Shown here: positions 27,286 through 37,816 of the stretch, piece after piece
How the letters are laid out: every line of letters starts with the position of its first letter
Position numbering within the stretch: position 1 is the first letter of the stretch
Assembly: GCA_041640175.1 (NCBI GenBank)
Contig: JBEQAU010000020.1
Location: 929-64,928 of the forward strand
From: Microvirga sp.
GTDB taxonomy: Bacteria > Pseudomonadota > Alphaproteobacteria > Rhizobiales > Beijerinckiaceae
Direction: 5' to 3'
Length of the DNA: 64,000 nt
Program-made: the position numbers and the translations under genes
The notes under the pieces: model-generated
Told to the model about the DNA's origin: nothing
The model's input: only the letters and a program-made list of their open reading frames with translations
Databases searched by the model: none

Positions 27286-29403
27286 ATGTCACTGCGCCCT
27301 TCCATTCTCGATCCGCTCTTCGCCCCGGCGAACACCCTGCCGGGCGTCGGCCCGAAGATCGCCCCCCTGCTCGACCGGCTGCTCGGCGAGCCGGGTAAGC
27401 CCACGCGTGTCGCGGACCTTCTGTTCCATCTGCCAAGCAGCGGCATCTCGCGGGAGATGAAGGGTTCCGTGGCGGATGCGCCCGTCGGCGAACCGGTTAC
27501 GCTCTCCGTGAGCGTCGTCGCGCACCGCCCGCCTCCGCCCGGCCGCCGGGCGCCCTACCGGATCTTGGTGGAGGACGAGACGGGCGATGTGACGCTTATC
27601 TTCTTCAATGGCCAAAAGGCCCGTCTCGAAAAGATCCTGCCGGTGGGCGAGCGTCGGTACGTTTCCGGCAAGATCGAGCTGTGGGACGGTCGTCGCCAGA
27701 TGGTCCATCCGGACCGCATCCTGGATGATCGAGGCATCGAGAACCTGCCGGCGGTCGAGGCCGTTTACGGCCTGACCGAGGGGCTCACATCGCGGATGGT
27801 GGGCAAGTACATCGGTACTGCCCTCGAAAAGGTCCCACAGTTGCCGGAGTGGCAGGACACTGCCTGGATGGATCGGAATGCCCTCCCCGAATTCCGGCAG
27901 GCGCTCTTTGCTCTTCACCGGCCTGATAACGCCGCTCAGCTATCCGAGGACGCGCTTGCCAAGTCCGCGCCTCGGCGGCGCCTCGCCTATGACGAGCTGC
28001 TCGCCTCGCAGCTGGCTCTGGCCCTTGTGAGAAGCCGCATGCGGCGGTTGCCGGGCCGGGTGAATGCGGGCGAAGGGCACTTGGTCGAACGCCTGAGATC
28101 CGCCCTTCCCTTCGGTCTCACGGGATCGCAGGAGAAAGCTGTCGAGGACATCCGGCACGATCTGGTCTCCGACAAGAAAATGCTGCGGCTGCTTCAGGGC
28201 GATGTGGGCTCGGGCAAGACCGTCGTCGGCCTGCTCACCATGGCGAGTGCCATCGAGGCCGGCCGTCAGGCCGCTATGATGGCCCCGACCGAGATCCTCG
28301 CCCGCCAGCACTACGAGCGGCTTGCGCCAATGGCGGAACAGGCCGGGCTGACCATCGCCCTGCTCACCGGACGCGAAAAAGGGGTCGCGCGTCGCACGAT
28401 CCTTGCCGGCCTCGCCGATGGCAGCATCCAGATTGCGGTCGGCACCCACGCCCTGTTCCAGGAAGGCGTTGCGTTTCAGGACCTCGGGGTCGCGGTTGTC
28501 GACGAGCAGCACCGCTTCGGCGTGCATCAGCGTCTGGCGCTCGGTTCCAAAGGGGAAGCGGTCGACATCCTCGTCATGACCGCGACCCCGATCCCGCGCA
28601 CCCTGGCCCTCACCTATTTCGGCGACATGGACGTGTCGGTGCTGAGCGAGAAGCCGGCCGGCCGCAAGCCCATTGCGACAAAGCTCATCGCTATCGACCG
28701 GCTCGACGAGGTCGTCGGCGGAATCGGGCGGGCCATCGCCAATGGCGATCAGGTCTACTGGGTCTGTCCGCTCGTGGGCGAGTCTGAATCCATCGATCTC
28801 GCGGCCGCCGAGGAGCGGTTCGAAATGCTGAAAGGCTTCTTCGGCGATCAGGTCGGCCTCGTCCACGGCAAGATGCCCGGCAAGGACAAGGACGCCGCCA
28901 TGGAGCGGTTCTCGAGCGGCCAGACCAAGATCCTGGTCTCCACCACGGTGATCGAGGTCGGCGTCGACGTGCCGAACGCCACCATCATGGTGATCGAACA
29001 TGCCGAACGCTTCGGCCTCGCGCAACTGCACCAGCTGCGCGGGCGCATCGGACGCGGTTCGAAATCCTCCACATGCCTGCTGGTCTACAAGGGCCCGTTG
29101 GGGCAAGTCGCACAGGCGCGGCTCGAGATGATGCGCCAGACGGAAGATGGCTTCCGCATCGCCGAGGAGGATCTGCGCCTGCGAGGCGAAGGCGAGGTGC
29201 TCGGCACCCGTCAATCAGGCACACCTGGCTTCAAGCTGGCCCGTCTAGAAGTCGACGGCGATCTTCTAGGAGCCGCTCGCGATGACGCGCGCCTGATCGT
29301 GGACCGTGACCCGGACCTCGTGAGTGAGAGGGGGCAGGCGTTGCGGGTGCTGCTCTATCTCTTCGAGCGCGATTCCGCGATCCGCCTGTTGCGGGCGGGA
29401 TAG
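27286..29403 (+). CDS. recG: ATP-dependent DNA helicase RecG
   Basis: 705 aa. Wedge/OB N-domain and SF2 motifs GDVGSGKT, VVDEQHRFG, QLHQLRGRIGRG. Confidence 0.95.
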   Translation: MSLRPSILDPLFAPANTLPGVGPKIAPLLDRLLGEPGKPTRVADLLFHLPSSGISREMKGSVADAPVGEPVTLSVSVVAHRPPPPGRRAPYRILVEDETGDVTLIFFNGQKARLEKILPVGERRYVSGKIELWDGRRQMVHPDRILDDRGIENLPAVEAVYGLTEGLTSRMVGKYIGTALEKVPQLPEWQDTAWMDRNALPEFRQALFALHRPDNAAQLSEDALAKSAPRRRLAYDELLASQLALALVRSRMRRLPGRVNAGEGHLVERLRSALPFGLTGSQEKAVEDIRHDLVSDKKMLRLLQGDVGSGKTVVGLLTMASAIEAGRQAAMMAPTEILARQHYERLAPMAEQAGLTIALLTGREKGVARRTILAGLADGSIQIAVGTHALFQEGVAFQDLGVAVVDEQHRFGVHQRLALGSKGEAVDILVMTATPIPRTLALTYFGDMDVSVLSEKPAGRKPIATKLIAIDRLDEVVGGIGRAIANGDQVYWVCPLVGESESIDLAAAEERFEMLKGFFGDQVGLVHGKMPGKDKDAAMERFSSGQTKILVSTTVIEVGVDVPNATIMVIEHAERFGLAQLHQLRGRIGRGSKSSTCLLVYKGPLGQVAQARLEMMRQTEDGFRIAEEDLRLRGEGEVLGTRQSGTPGFKLARLEVDGDLLGAARDDARLIVDRDPDLVSERGQALRVLLYLFERDSAIRLLRAG

Positions 29404-29414
29404 AACGACTTCAA

Positions 29415-29457
29415 TGCCATTTCGGGACGGCCTGCAGGAGCCAGGCCCGAAATGGCA
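29415..29457. terminator. Bidirectional terminator hairpin between recG and glmS
   Basis: tgccatttcggg ... cccgaaatggca is a perfect 12-bp outer stem. An inner ggcctg/caggcc pairing lies in the loop. It sits between convergent stops at 29403 and 29473. Confidence 0.6.
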
Positions 29458-29472
29458 GTAGCAGAATCCAAT

Positions 29473-31299
29473 TCACTCAACCGTCACGGACTTCGCAAGA
29501 TTACGCGGCTGGTCCACGTCTTTGCCCATGAAAACGGCCGTGTGATAGGCCAGCAGCTGGATCGGCACGGCGTTAATGATCGGCGCCACGATCGGATGAA
29601 CGGATGGCATCACGATGGTGGCCATTGTGTCGAGGCCAGCCTCCAAGGCGCCCCTTTCGTCCGTGATGAGGATGATGCGGCCGCCACGGGCGGCAACTTC
29701 CTGCATGTTGGAGACCGTCTTCTCGAAAATGCTGTCGTGCGGTGCGATGACGATAACGGGCATCGTCTCGTCGATGAGCGCGATGGGCCCATGCTTCAGT
29801 TCCCCAGCCGCATAGCCTTCGGCGTGGATATAGGAGATCTCCTTGAGCTTAAGGGCCCCCTCCATGGCCAGCGGATAGGACGTGCCGCGTCCGAGATAGA
29901 GCACGTCCTTGGCCTTGGACAATTCGCGAGAGAGAATCTCGATCTGATGCTCCCGCTTGATGGCCTCGGTCACCTGGCCCGGCACGGCGATGAGGGCGTT
30001 CACCAGTTCCTTCTCGTCCTCGGCGCTGAGCGTCCCCCGTGCGCGGCCGGCCGCGATGGCGAGCGACAGGAGAACGGTAAGCTGGCAGGTAAAGGCCTTG
30101 GTCGACGCAACACCCACTTCCACGCCGGCAAGCGTCTGCGCAACCACATTGCTCTCGCGAGCCATGGTGGAGGTCGGCACGTTCACCACGGAGAGCGTAT
30201 GCTGCTTCTCGGCCGTAGCGTAGCGCAGCGACGCCAGGGTGTCTGCCGTCTCACCTGACTGAGAGACGAAAAGCGCCAAGCCGCCCGGCTCCAGGGGAGC
30301 TTCGCGATAGCGAAACTCGGATGCGACATCGATCTCGACCGGAATGCGCGCCAGGCGCTCGAACCAGTATTTCGAGATCAGCCCGGCCAGATAGGCCGTG
30401 CCACAGGCGGAGATCGAGATTCGGTTCAGGTCCTTGAAGTCGAAGGGCAACTCGAAAGGCAGCTCGACCCGTTCGCCCGCGAAGTTGACATAGTGCGCGA
30501 GCGTGCGCCCCACCACTTCCGCCTGCTCGTGGATTTCCTTGGCCATGAAGTGGCGGTAATTGCCCTTGTCGGCCATGAAGGATCCGACTGGGATCTTGTG
30601 ACGGATCCGCTGCACGGACTTGCCGCTTTCGTCGCGGATGTCGGCGCCCCTTTGGGTCAGGATCGCCCAATCGCCATCGTCGAGATAGGCGACCTCATCG
30701 GTGAACGGTGCCAGTGCCAAGGCATCGGAGCCGAGATACATCTCGCCCTGTCCATAGCCGATGGCGAGAGGAGCGCCGTGACGGGCTCCAATGAGCAGGT
30801 CGTCCTCACCGGAGAACAGGAACCCGAGCGCGAAAGCGCCGCGCAGGCGCGGCAAGGTCACGGCCACAGCCTCGATGGGGCCGCGTCCCTGGCGGATTTC
30901 ATAGGTGACGAGTTGGGCCACCACTTCAGTGTCGGTCTCCGTCTCGAACCGGATGCCTTTGGCTTCGAGGCCGGTCTTCAGCTCGCGGAAGTTCTCAATG
31001 ATGCCGTTATGGACCACCGCCAGCTTGTCCGTGGCATGAGGGTGGGCATTGGTCTCGTTGGGCTTGCCGTGGGTCGCCCAGCGGGTGTGGCCGATGCCGA
31101 TGACACCGGAGAGCGGAGATTGGGAGAGCTTGGCCTCGAGATTGCGCAGCTTGCCCTCGGCCCGCCGACGGTCGAGGCGACCCTCCTCTAGAGTCGCCAC
31201 GCCGGCGGAATCGTAGCCTCGGTATTCAAGCCGCTTGAGTGCCTCCACGATCTGAGGAGCAACCGGCGTTTTCCCAATGATTCCAACAATTCCGCACAT
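29473..31299 (-). CDS. glmS: Glutamine--fructose-6-phosphate aminotransferase GlmS
   Basis: 608 aa. MCGIVG N-terminal nucleophile, two SIS domains, C-terminal LAKSVTVE. Confidence 0.96.
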   Translation of the reverse strand: MCGIVGIIGKTPVAPQIVEALKRLEYRGYDSAGVATLEEGRLDRRRAEGKLRNLEAKLSQSPLSGVIGIGHTRWATHGKPNETNAHPHATDKLAVVHNGIIENFRELKTGLEAKGIRFETETDTEVVAQLVTYEIRQGRGPIEAVAVTLPRLRGAFALGFLFSGEDDLLIGARHGAPLAIGYGQGEMYLGSDALALAPFTDEVAYLDDGDWAILTQRGADIRDESGKSVQRIRHKIPVGSFMADKGNYRHFMAKEIHEQAEVVGRTLAHYVNFAGERVELPFELPFDFKDLNRISISACGTAYLAGLISKYWFERLARIPVEIDVASEFRYREAPLEPGGLALFVSQSGETADTLASLRYATAEKQHTLSVVNVPTSTMARESNVVAQTLAGVEVGVASTKAFTCQLTVLLSLAIAAGRARGTLSAEDEKELVNALIAVPGQVTEAIKREHQIEILSRELSKAKDVLYLGRGTSYPLAMEGALKLKEISYIHAEGYAAGELKHGPIALIDETMPVIVIAPHDSIFEKTVSNMQEVAARGGRIILITDERGALEAGLDTMATIVMPSVHPIVAPIINAVPIQLLAYHTAVFMGKDVDQPRNLAKSVTVE

Positions 31300-31410
31300 A
31301 ATGAAGAACTTCCTTTTGCAACGCGACCAACGCTACGCTTGAAGCTCCCTCTTACAAAGGGAGGCCTCAGGGGCAGAATCAACTTGCGTAACCTATTGTG
31401 ACAAAGGCGC

Positions 31411-32784
31411 TTATTTCCGCTTGGACGCCTGGGCCTTGTCTCGAAACGAGATCGCCCAGCCTTCCTTGATCGTCTGACGCCCGCGGCCGAGGCCGAGGGC
31501 ATCGTCAGGTATGCTCTCCGTGATGACTGAGCCGGAGCCGACGAAGGCCCCCCTTCCGATGCTAACAGGGGCGACCAGGGAAGAGTTGGAGCCGATGAAG
31601 GCGCCTTCGCCGATCTCGGTCCGGTACTTGCCGAAACCGTCGTAATTGCAGGTGATGGTGCCGGCGCCGATATTCGCCTCGGCTCCTACGCTTGCATCAC
31701 CGAGATAGGTCAGGTGGCTGACCTTGGCGCCTGCTCCGAGTTCGGAGTTCTTGATCTCGACGAAGTTGCCGACCTTGGCCTTCGGGCCGATCGCCGCGCC
31801 GGGACGCAGGCGGGCAAATGGGCCGACCCCGGCACCGGAAGAAATACGAGCGCCCTCAATATGGCTGAAGCTGTGGATGACGGCTCCCTCTTCGACGACG
31901 ACGCCCGGACCGAAGACCACATGCGGCTCGACCACGACATCCTGCCCCAACCGGGTGTCATGGCTGAGGAAGACTGTCTCGGGAGCAACCAGCGTGACGC
32001 CGGATGCCATGGCGGCTTGGCGCAGCCGGTCTTGGATCATGCGCTCGGCGGCGGCGAGCTGGGCGCGATCGTTAACCCCATGCACCTCCTCCTCGGACAC
32101 GACGGCAATCGCCGTCCTGTGGCCGAGGCTGCGGGCGATCTCGACGATGTCGGTGAGATAATACTCGCCTTTGGTGTTCTTGTTCTCCACCTGATCGAGG
32201 AGGGTCAGGGCCAGATCGCCTCGGATCGCCATCAGCCCGCCATTGCACAGGGTGATCGACCGCTCGGCCTCACTGGCGTCTCTGTGTTCGCGAATGGCCA
32301 GGAGTTCGCTGCCTGCCGTAATGAAGCGGCCATAGCCGGCCGGGTCCTTCGCCTCGAACCCCATGGCGACCACGGCCGCTCCTTCCGCCAGGGGAGCCCG
32401 CAGCTTGGTGAAGGTCTCGGGCAGGATAAGGGGTGTATCGCCGAATGCGATGATCACGTCGTCGGCGGCATGCATCAGCGACACCCGGGCGCTCAGAACC
32501 GCATGGGCAGTCCCGAGCCGGTCGGTCTGAACGAAGATCCGGGCCTGGCTTGAGATCTTCTGAACTTCCTTGGCCACATCCTCCCGGTCCGGACCGATCA
32601 CCACGGCGGTGCTGGTGGCGCCAGCCTGAGTCAGGGTCGCCAGTACGTGGCCCAGCATGGACCGGCCGGCGACCTGATGCAGGACCTTGGGCCTGGCGGA
32701 TTTCATCCGGGTACCCTCACCGGCTGCGAGCACGATAGCCAAGCAGCTTCGAGAGGATGATTGGGCGTTGTGAGACGGGGTCAT
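31411..32784 (-). CDS. glmU: Bifunctional UDP-GlcNAc pyrophosphorylase / GlcN-1-P N-acetyltransferase GlmU
   Basis: 457 aa. [11 protein letters not shown] nucleotidyltransferase motif and a C-terminal LbH hexapeptide domain. Confidence 0.95.
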   Translation of the reverse strand: MTPSHNAQSSSRSCLAIVLAAGEGTRMKSARPKVLHQVAGRSMLGHVLATLTQAGATSTAVVIGPDREDVAKEVQKISSQARIFVQTDRLGTAHAVLSARVSLMHAADDVIIAFGDTPLILPETFTKLRAPLAEGAAVVAMGFEAKDPAGYGRFITAGSELLAIREHRDASEAERSITLCNGGLMAIRGDLALTLLDQVENKNTKGEYYLTDIVEIARSLGHRTAIAVVSEEEVHGVNDRAQLAAAERMIQDRLRQAAMASGVTLVAPETVFLSHDTRLGQDVVVEPHVVFGPGVVVEEGAVIHSFSHIEGARISSGAGVGPFARLRPGAAIGPKAKVGNFVEIKNSELGAGAKVSHLTYLGDASVGAEANIGAGTITCNYDGFGKYRTEIGEGAFIGSNSSLVAPVSIGRGAFVGSGSVITESIPDDALGLGRGRQTIKEGWAISFRDKAQASKRK

Positions 32785-32926
32785 ATAGTTTCAATCCGGT
32801 GAGGCTCAGCCGTGCAGCTAAATCAGAAGGGGTAAAACGGCAAACGTTTCATGAGCAATCAGGCAGTTTGCTGAATGGCCGCGTTTACTTCGTGCTCATG
32901 ATTGACGATATGTATGTAGCATTCCA

Positions 32927-34540
32927 ATGGTCTGGCTGAAGAGCCTTCGTACACGCAAGAGTATTACTGTGCCGGTTCCGCAAAGGGGTCCATCCCCCTT
33001 CCATCTTCGCCGGCGCGACATGCTGGCATATATCGGTGTCTCTGTCGCCGGGCTGGCATACGCGCCGACCCTCAGGGCGCAGACGCCTCAAGAGACGATT
33101 TCCGCCAGGATGGGAGAGAATCAGCGGTTCGATCCGGCGGTCGTCGTCGACATTGCGCGCCAGCTCTCCAAGAAGCCGTTTGCCTCTCCTCCGAACGATC
33201 TGCCGGACGTGTTCTCAAATCTGAACCCGGAGCAGTATGGCGCGATCCGTTATACGCAGCCGCCGATCTGGAGTTCGGAGGCCCGCGGGATTGCGGTCGA
33301 GCCACTCCATCGCGGGTTCGTGTTTCGGGATGCGGTGGAGCTTTTCATAGTCGAGGACGGTGCGGTCCGCCGCATCGGTTATCAGCCATCCCAGTTCGAC
33401 TTCGGACGGATCAATCTGCCGAACAACCTCGGGGACATCCGCTATTCCGGTTTCAGGCTCATCGCCCAGGTCGGCAACGGCCGGCCCTTCGACTTTGCCG
33501 TCGTGCAGGGCGGCACCTTCTTCCGTGCTCTCGCCCGCGGGCAGAATTACGGCGCCATCGCGCGGGCGCTGACCTTGCGTCCGGCCGAAGCGCGCGGTGA
33601 AGAATTTCCGGCTTTTCGTGCCTTCTGGCTGGAGCGCCCGGCTGTAGGCAGCAACAGCATCACGGTTCACGGCATTCTCGATTCGGAATCGACCACCGGC
33701 GCGGTCCTTATGACGTTCCGCCCCGGCGACATGACTATCGTTGATGTGGAGACCACCCTCTTCCCCAGAGTCAATCTGGAGCATGTGGGCCTGGGGGGCG
33801 TCGCCTCCACATATCTTTATGGTCCCAACGACCTCCTGAACTCCGACGATATCCGCTCGGCCGTCTATGAATCATCCGGCCTTCAGATTCTGAACGGGTC
33901 CGGGGAATGGCTCTGGCGTCCGCTTCAGAACCCGGAGACGCTCCAGATTTCCGCCTTCGTCGACAACTCGCCTCGCGGCTTCGGGCTGCTTCAGCGCGAG
34001 CGATCCTACGAGGCTTTCCACGACGACGACCAGCGCTTCGAGCGTAAGCCGAGCGTCTGGATCGAGCCCCTGGGTGATTGGGCACAAGGGAGCGTCCAAC
34101 TCCTGGAGATCCCAACCGACGCAGAGATCAACGACAACATCCTCACCTATTGGCGCCCAAAGGCGCCCATGGCGGCAGGCTCCGAGGTTGCCTTGGCCTA
34201 TCGGCAGTACTGGGGATGGAACGCGCCGGAACGGCCGCCACTTGCAACCGTGGTGCAGACCCGTTCCGGACGGGGAAGCGGCGGACGGCGGCGGCGGTTC
34301 GCGGTCGACTTCACTGGGGATGCGTTGGGCGACAATCTGCCGGCGGACCTAAGATCCGTCTTAACCGTTGGCCCTGGAACATTCCAAAATCTCAAACTTT
34401 TGCCATATCCTGATAGAAAGACAGTACGTGTCGCATTCGAGCTTGACCCGGGCAACGAAAACGCGTGTGAGATGCGCCTGATCCTTGAAGCAGGCGGGAA
34501 ACCGATTAGCGAGACATGGCTGTATCGTTGGACACCTTAA
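32927..34540 (+). CDS. opgG: Periplasmic glucan biosynthesis protein, OpgG/OpgD (MdoG) family, with twin-arginine-like signal
   Basis: 537 aa. HLRRRDMLAYIGVSVAGLAYAPTLRAQ resembles a Tat signal. MdoG-family pattern throughout (FRALARGQNYG, YGPNDL, WIEP). Lies directly upstream of opgH. Confidence 0.85.
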   Translation: MVWLKSLRTRKSITVPVPQRGPSPFHLRRRDMLAYIGVSVAGLAYAPTLRAQTPQETISARMGENQRFDPAVVVDIARQLSKKPFASPPNDLPDVFSNLNPEQYGAIRYTQPPIWSSEARGIAVEPLHRGFVFRDAVELFIVEDGAVRRIGYQPSQFDFGRINLPNNLGDIRYSGFRLIAQVGNGRPFDFAVVQGGTFFRALARGQNYGAIARALTLRPAEARGEEFPAFRAFWLERPAVGSNSITVHGILDSESTTGAVLMTFRPGDMTIVDVETTLFPRVNLEHVGLGGVASTYLYGPNDLLNSDDIRSAVYESSGLQILNGSGEWLWRPLQNPETLQISAFVDNSPRGFGLLQRERSYEAFHDDDQRFERKPSVWIEPLGDWAQGSVQLLEIPTDAEINDNILTYWRPKAPMAAGSEVALAYRQYWGWNAPERPPLATVVQTRSGRGSGGRRRRFAVDFTGDALGDNLPADLRSVLTVGPGTFQNLKLLPYPDRKTVRVAFELDPGNENACEMRLILEAGGKPISETWLYRWTP

Positions 34541-36732
34541 GTCACGAGTCGAACCCGAACGTAGCCGCTCTTGAGCGGCCTGCAGCCGCTCTTGAGCGGC
34601 CTGCAGCCGCTATGCCCCCCGAAAAGCACCTCGATATGCCGACCCAGTCGCTTCGGCGCTGGTCGGCCTCCGAGGAGCGCAGGCCCGTCCTCCAGCACCC
34701 GAAGCTGGGAACATGGCTCGCACGCCTCTTCGTATTCGGCGGCGGCCTCCTGCTCACTGCCTACGGCACCTGGGAAATGTATCAGGTCGTGTCGGTCAGC
34801 CGCACCACGGCCCTTCAGTGGGTGCTCGTCGGCCTGTTCACGGTCAACTTTTCGTGGATTGCCGTCGCCTTCACCAGCGCTCTCCTGGGTTTTCTCGCCC
34901 TGCTCCGGCGCCCGGGACATCGTGGACCGCTGCCCTCGACGCTCCAGCATAAGACCGCCATCGTCATGCCGGTCTATAACGAGCAGACGGACCGGACCTT
35001 CGCGGCCCTGGAAGCGATCTATGAATCCGTTCACGCGACCGGGCTCGGGGATAGCTTCGACTATTTCATTCTCTCCGACACCACCAATCCGGATGCCTGG
35101 GTTGCGGAAGAGCGGGCCTTTCTCGCCTTAAAGGAGCGCCTGGGACCCGGCGCGCGGTTCTATTACAGGCACCGCCAGAAGAACCATCACCGCAAGGCCG
35201 GCAACATTGCCGACTTCGTCTCGCGCTGGGGTGGGCATTACGAGCACATGCTGGTGCTCGATGCCGACAGTCTCATGACCGGCGAATGCATCGTGCGCCT
35301 GGCCGCCGCCATGGAAGCCGATCCTGACGCCGGCATCATCCAGTCGCTTCCGCTGATCATCAACCGCAACACCCTCTTTGCCCGCCTCCAGCAATATGCC
35401 GCCCGTGTCACCGGCCCGGTGATCGCCATGGGCCTTGCGGTCTGGATGGGCCGGGACGGCAATTACTGGGGTCACAACGCGATCATCCGCACCAAGGCCT
35501 TCGCGGCTCACGGCGGCTTGCCGGACCTGAAGGGCAAGCCGCCCTTCGGCGGCCATATCCTCAGCCACGATTTCGTTGAGGCGGCTCTGCTGCGCCGCGC
35601 CGGTTGGTCGGTCTACATGCTGGCAGACCTACAGGGGTCCTATGAGGAAAGCCCTCCCTCCCTCATCGACCTTTCCGCCCGCGACCGGCGCTGGTGTCAG
35701 GGCAACCTCCAGCACATGCGTGTGGTCACGGCGAAAGGTCTTAAGCTGCCGACAAGGCAGCACTTCGCCACCGGCATCATGTCGTACCTGGCATCGCCGT
35801 TCTGGTTGTTCCAGCTGATCGTCGGTATCGCCCTGGTCCTGCAGACCACCTATATCCGGCCGGAATATTTCGCGCGCGACTTCCGCCTCTACCCGATCTG
35901 GCCCCGGTTCGACCCCGAGCGAGCCCTCACGCTGTTTGCCGTGACCATGGGGATTTTGCTGGCGCCGAAGGTCTTCGGCCTGATCCTGATGCTTATCCGC
36001 GGCAGCGACCGGCGTGCGTCCGGAGGCGGAATTCGTTTGGTCATCTCCTCGACGATCGAGATCATCCTGTCGGCCCTCCTGGCACCGATCCTCATGCTCA
36101 TCCAGTCGGGTTCGGTGTTCCAGATCCTGCTCGGGCGCGACACAGGCTGGCAGCCGCAGCGCCGCGACGACGGCTCCATTCCGTTCAAGGACATCGTCCG
36201 TCGCCACAGGGCCCACACAGTCCTTGGAGCGCTCGCCGGTCTCTCGGCCTTCATGATCGCCACATCCCTCTTCCTCTGGATGTCGCCGACGATCATCGGT
36301 CTTCTGCTGGCGATCCCGCTCTCCTGGCTCAGCGGCCAACTAGGCGCGGGGCTTGCTTTAAAGCGGCTCGGGCTTCTCATGACGCCCGAGGAGCACCAGC
36401 CTCCCGCCATCGCCAGCCGTGCCAACGAGCTTCAGGCCCGTAACGTCACCTTCTGCTTCGACGACGCGGACAGCCTCAGGGCTATCTATGAAGACCCGAT
36501 CCTGAGGGAGCGCCACATCGAGATGCTCCCGCCCACTCCGCCCCGCAAACGCGGGATCATCGAGACGGAGCGGGCGCTTGCGGAAGCGAAGCTCGTCGAT
36601 GCTGAAAACATCGAGGATGCGATGACCTGGCTCCACAACAAAGAACGCATGGTTGTTCTCCACGACCGGGCGCTGATCGATATGCTGGTTAATTTGAAGC
36701 CCAAGCCGGCCGAGGCACAGGCAGCCGAGTAG
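34516..36732 (+). CDS. opgH: Glucans biosynthesis glucosyltransferase OpgH (MdoH), GT2 family
   Basis: GT2 motifs (MPVYNE, VLDADS, RDRRWCQGNLQH) and multiple TM segments. The start is ambiguous. ATG 34516 overlaps the opgG 3' end by 25 nt. In-frame ATG 34612 lies just after the 21-bp tandem repeat. Confidence 0.85.
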   Translation: MAVSLDTLSHESNPNVAALERPAAALERPAAAMPPEKHLDMPTQSLRRWSASEERRPVLQHPKLGTWLARLFVFGGGLLLTAYGTWEMYQVVSVSRTTALQWVLVGLFTVNFSWIAVAFTSALLGFLALLRRPGHRGPLPSTLQHKTAIVMPVYNEQTDRTFAALEAIYESVHATGLGDSFDYFILSDTTNPDAWVAEERAFLALKERLGPGARFYYRHRQKNHHRKAGNIADFVSRWGGHYEHMLVLDADSLMTGECIVRLAAAMEADPDAGIIQSLPLIINRNTLFARLQQYAARVTGPVIAMGLAVWMGRDGNYWGHNAIIRTKAFAAHGGLPDLKGKPPFGGHILSHDFVEAALLRRAGWSVYMLADLQGSYEESPPSLIDLSARDRRWCQGNLQHMRVVTAKGLKLPTRQHFATGIMSYLASPFWLFQLIVGIALVLQTTYIRPEYFARDFRLYPIWPRFDPERALTLFAVTMGILLAPKVFGLILMLIRGSDRRASGGGIRLVISSTIEIILSALLAPILMLIQSGSVFQILLGRDTGWQPQRRDDGSIPFKDIVRRHRAHTVLGALAGLSAFMIATSLFLWMSPTIIGLLLAIPLSWLSGQLGAGLALKRLGLLMTPEEHQPPAIASRANELQARNVTFCFDDADSLRAIYEDPILRERHIEMLPPTPPRKRGIIETERALAEAKLVDAENIEDAMTWLHNKERMVVLHDRALIDMLVNLKPKPAEAQAAE
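34564..34611. repeat. 21-bp perfect tandem duplication (2.3 copies) with an internal hairpin
   Basis: gccgctcttgagcggcctgca occurs at 34564-34584 and 34585-34605, followed by a partial third copy gccgct. Each unit contains gccgct/cttg/agcggc (6-bp stem). It encodes AALERPA twice in the long opgH frame. Confidence 0.9.
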
Positions 36733-36748
36733 TTGAAACCGGGACCTG

Positions 36749-37684
36749 TCAGGCCCCTGTCCCGATTAGGGTAAGTGCGGTCGTCTTCTCCGCATCGCCC
36801 GCTATCTCGCTCAAGACCCAGTCGCGGAAGGCTTCGATCTTCGGGGAGCGGCGACGGGCTTTCGGATAGACCAGCCAGTAACCGCGCTCGGACGTGGCGA
36901 GAAGATCGAAGGGCTGAATGAGACGCCCTGCAGCAAGATCCCCGGGAAAGAAGTAAGGATTGATTAGGGCAAACCCCTGCCCTGCCATCGCGGCCGTGCC
37001 CTCGAATTGCTGTGCCCCAAGATGATTGTCGGGACGCTGCGAAGGGTCGAAATTCTGCACCCCTGCCGCAGCAAACCAATCCTGCCACCACGGATCGTTC
37101 GGCGAGATGATCGGGAATCTTAGAATGTCGGAGGGCTCTTTGAGTGTGACACCCCGGATCAGTTCGGGGCTGCAGACCGGTGTAAACAGGTTTGGGAACA
37201 GAAGATGCGCCTCGAGGCCGGGCCAATTCCCGTCGCCGCTCCTGATCCCGAGGTCGAAGTCACTCTGGCCGAAATCCACCACCTGCCCTGAGATATTGAT
37301 CTGAACGGCAATGTTCGGATGAAGCTGTTGGAAACGGCCTAGCCGGGGAACCAGCCAATTGGCCGCAAAGGTGGTGAGCGTGGAGATCGAGAGCACCGCT
37401 TGAGCCGTCGACTCAATGCCTGCAAAGGCGGTGCGCAAAGCTTCAAATGCCTCCGTGACAGCAGGGGCGAGTTGCCGCCCTTTGGCCGTGAGGGTGACTT
37501 GGCGCGGCAAGCGGACGAACAGGGACGCGCCGATCCGATCCTCGAGAATTTTGATCTGATAGCTCACGGCCGCCTGGGTCATGCCCAGTTCCTCTGCTGC
37601 CCGTGTAAAACTTTGGTGCCGCGCCGCTGCCTCGAAGACTCTGACGGCGCTCATGGGAGGCAACTTTGACGGCATCTTGGGCAT
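36749..37684 (-). CDS. LysR-family transcriptional regulator (GcvA-like subgroup)
   Basis: 311 aa. N-terminal wHTH LPPMSAVRVFEAAARHQSFTRAAEELGMTQAAVSYQIKILE and a LysR substrate-binding domain. Confidence 0.87.
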   Translation of the reverse strand: MPKMPSKLPPMSAVRVFEAAARHQSFTRAAEELGMTQAAVSYQIKILEDRIGASLFVRLPRQVTLTAKGRQLAPAVTEAFEALRTAFAGIESTAQAVLSISTLTTFAANWLVPRLGRFQQLHPNIAVQINISGQVVDFGQSDFDLGIRSGDGNWPGLEAHLLFPNLFTPVCSPELIRGVTLKEPSDILRFPIISPNDPWWQDWFAAAGVQNFDPSQRPDNHLGAQQFEGTAAMAGQGFALINPYFFPGDLAAGRLIQPFDLLATSERGYWLVYPKARRRSPKIEAFRDWVLSEIAGDAEKTTALTLIGTGA

Positions 37685-37693
37685 CGATCATCC

Positions 37694-37708
37694 ATAAGGC
37701 TGCCTTAT
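37694..37708. promoter_or_regulatory. Candidate LysR-type regulator binding site (T-N11-A palindrome)
   Basis: ATAAGG-CTG-CCTTAT is a perfect 6-bp inverted repeat containing T-N11-A. It lies 10-24 nt upstream of the LysR start, in the divergent region shared with the DUF1127 gene. Confidence 0.5.
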
Positions 37709-37816
37709 GCCAGCCTCTTGGCATTTGCTTTGTCAAGCTCCTGAAACAGGAGCACCTTACGGATGCTTGATCGAGGGCGCTGGACGCCCTCTGACGCAAC
37801 AAATCGGTAGGCTGTC

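Noticed and set aside
31300-31410. glmS ribozyme or terminator in the glmU-glmS spacer.
   Set aside because: Only a weak 6-bp hairpin (ctccct/agggag) without a T tract is present. The glmS ribozyme is a Gram-positive leader element, and its conserved core was not seen.
34564-34611. Whether the 21-bp direct repeats could be a miniature CRISPR array.
   Set aside because: The copies are directly adjacent with no spacers, there are only about 2.3 units, and there are no cas genes. It is a simple tandem duplication.
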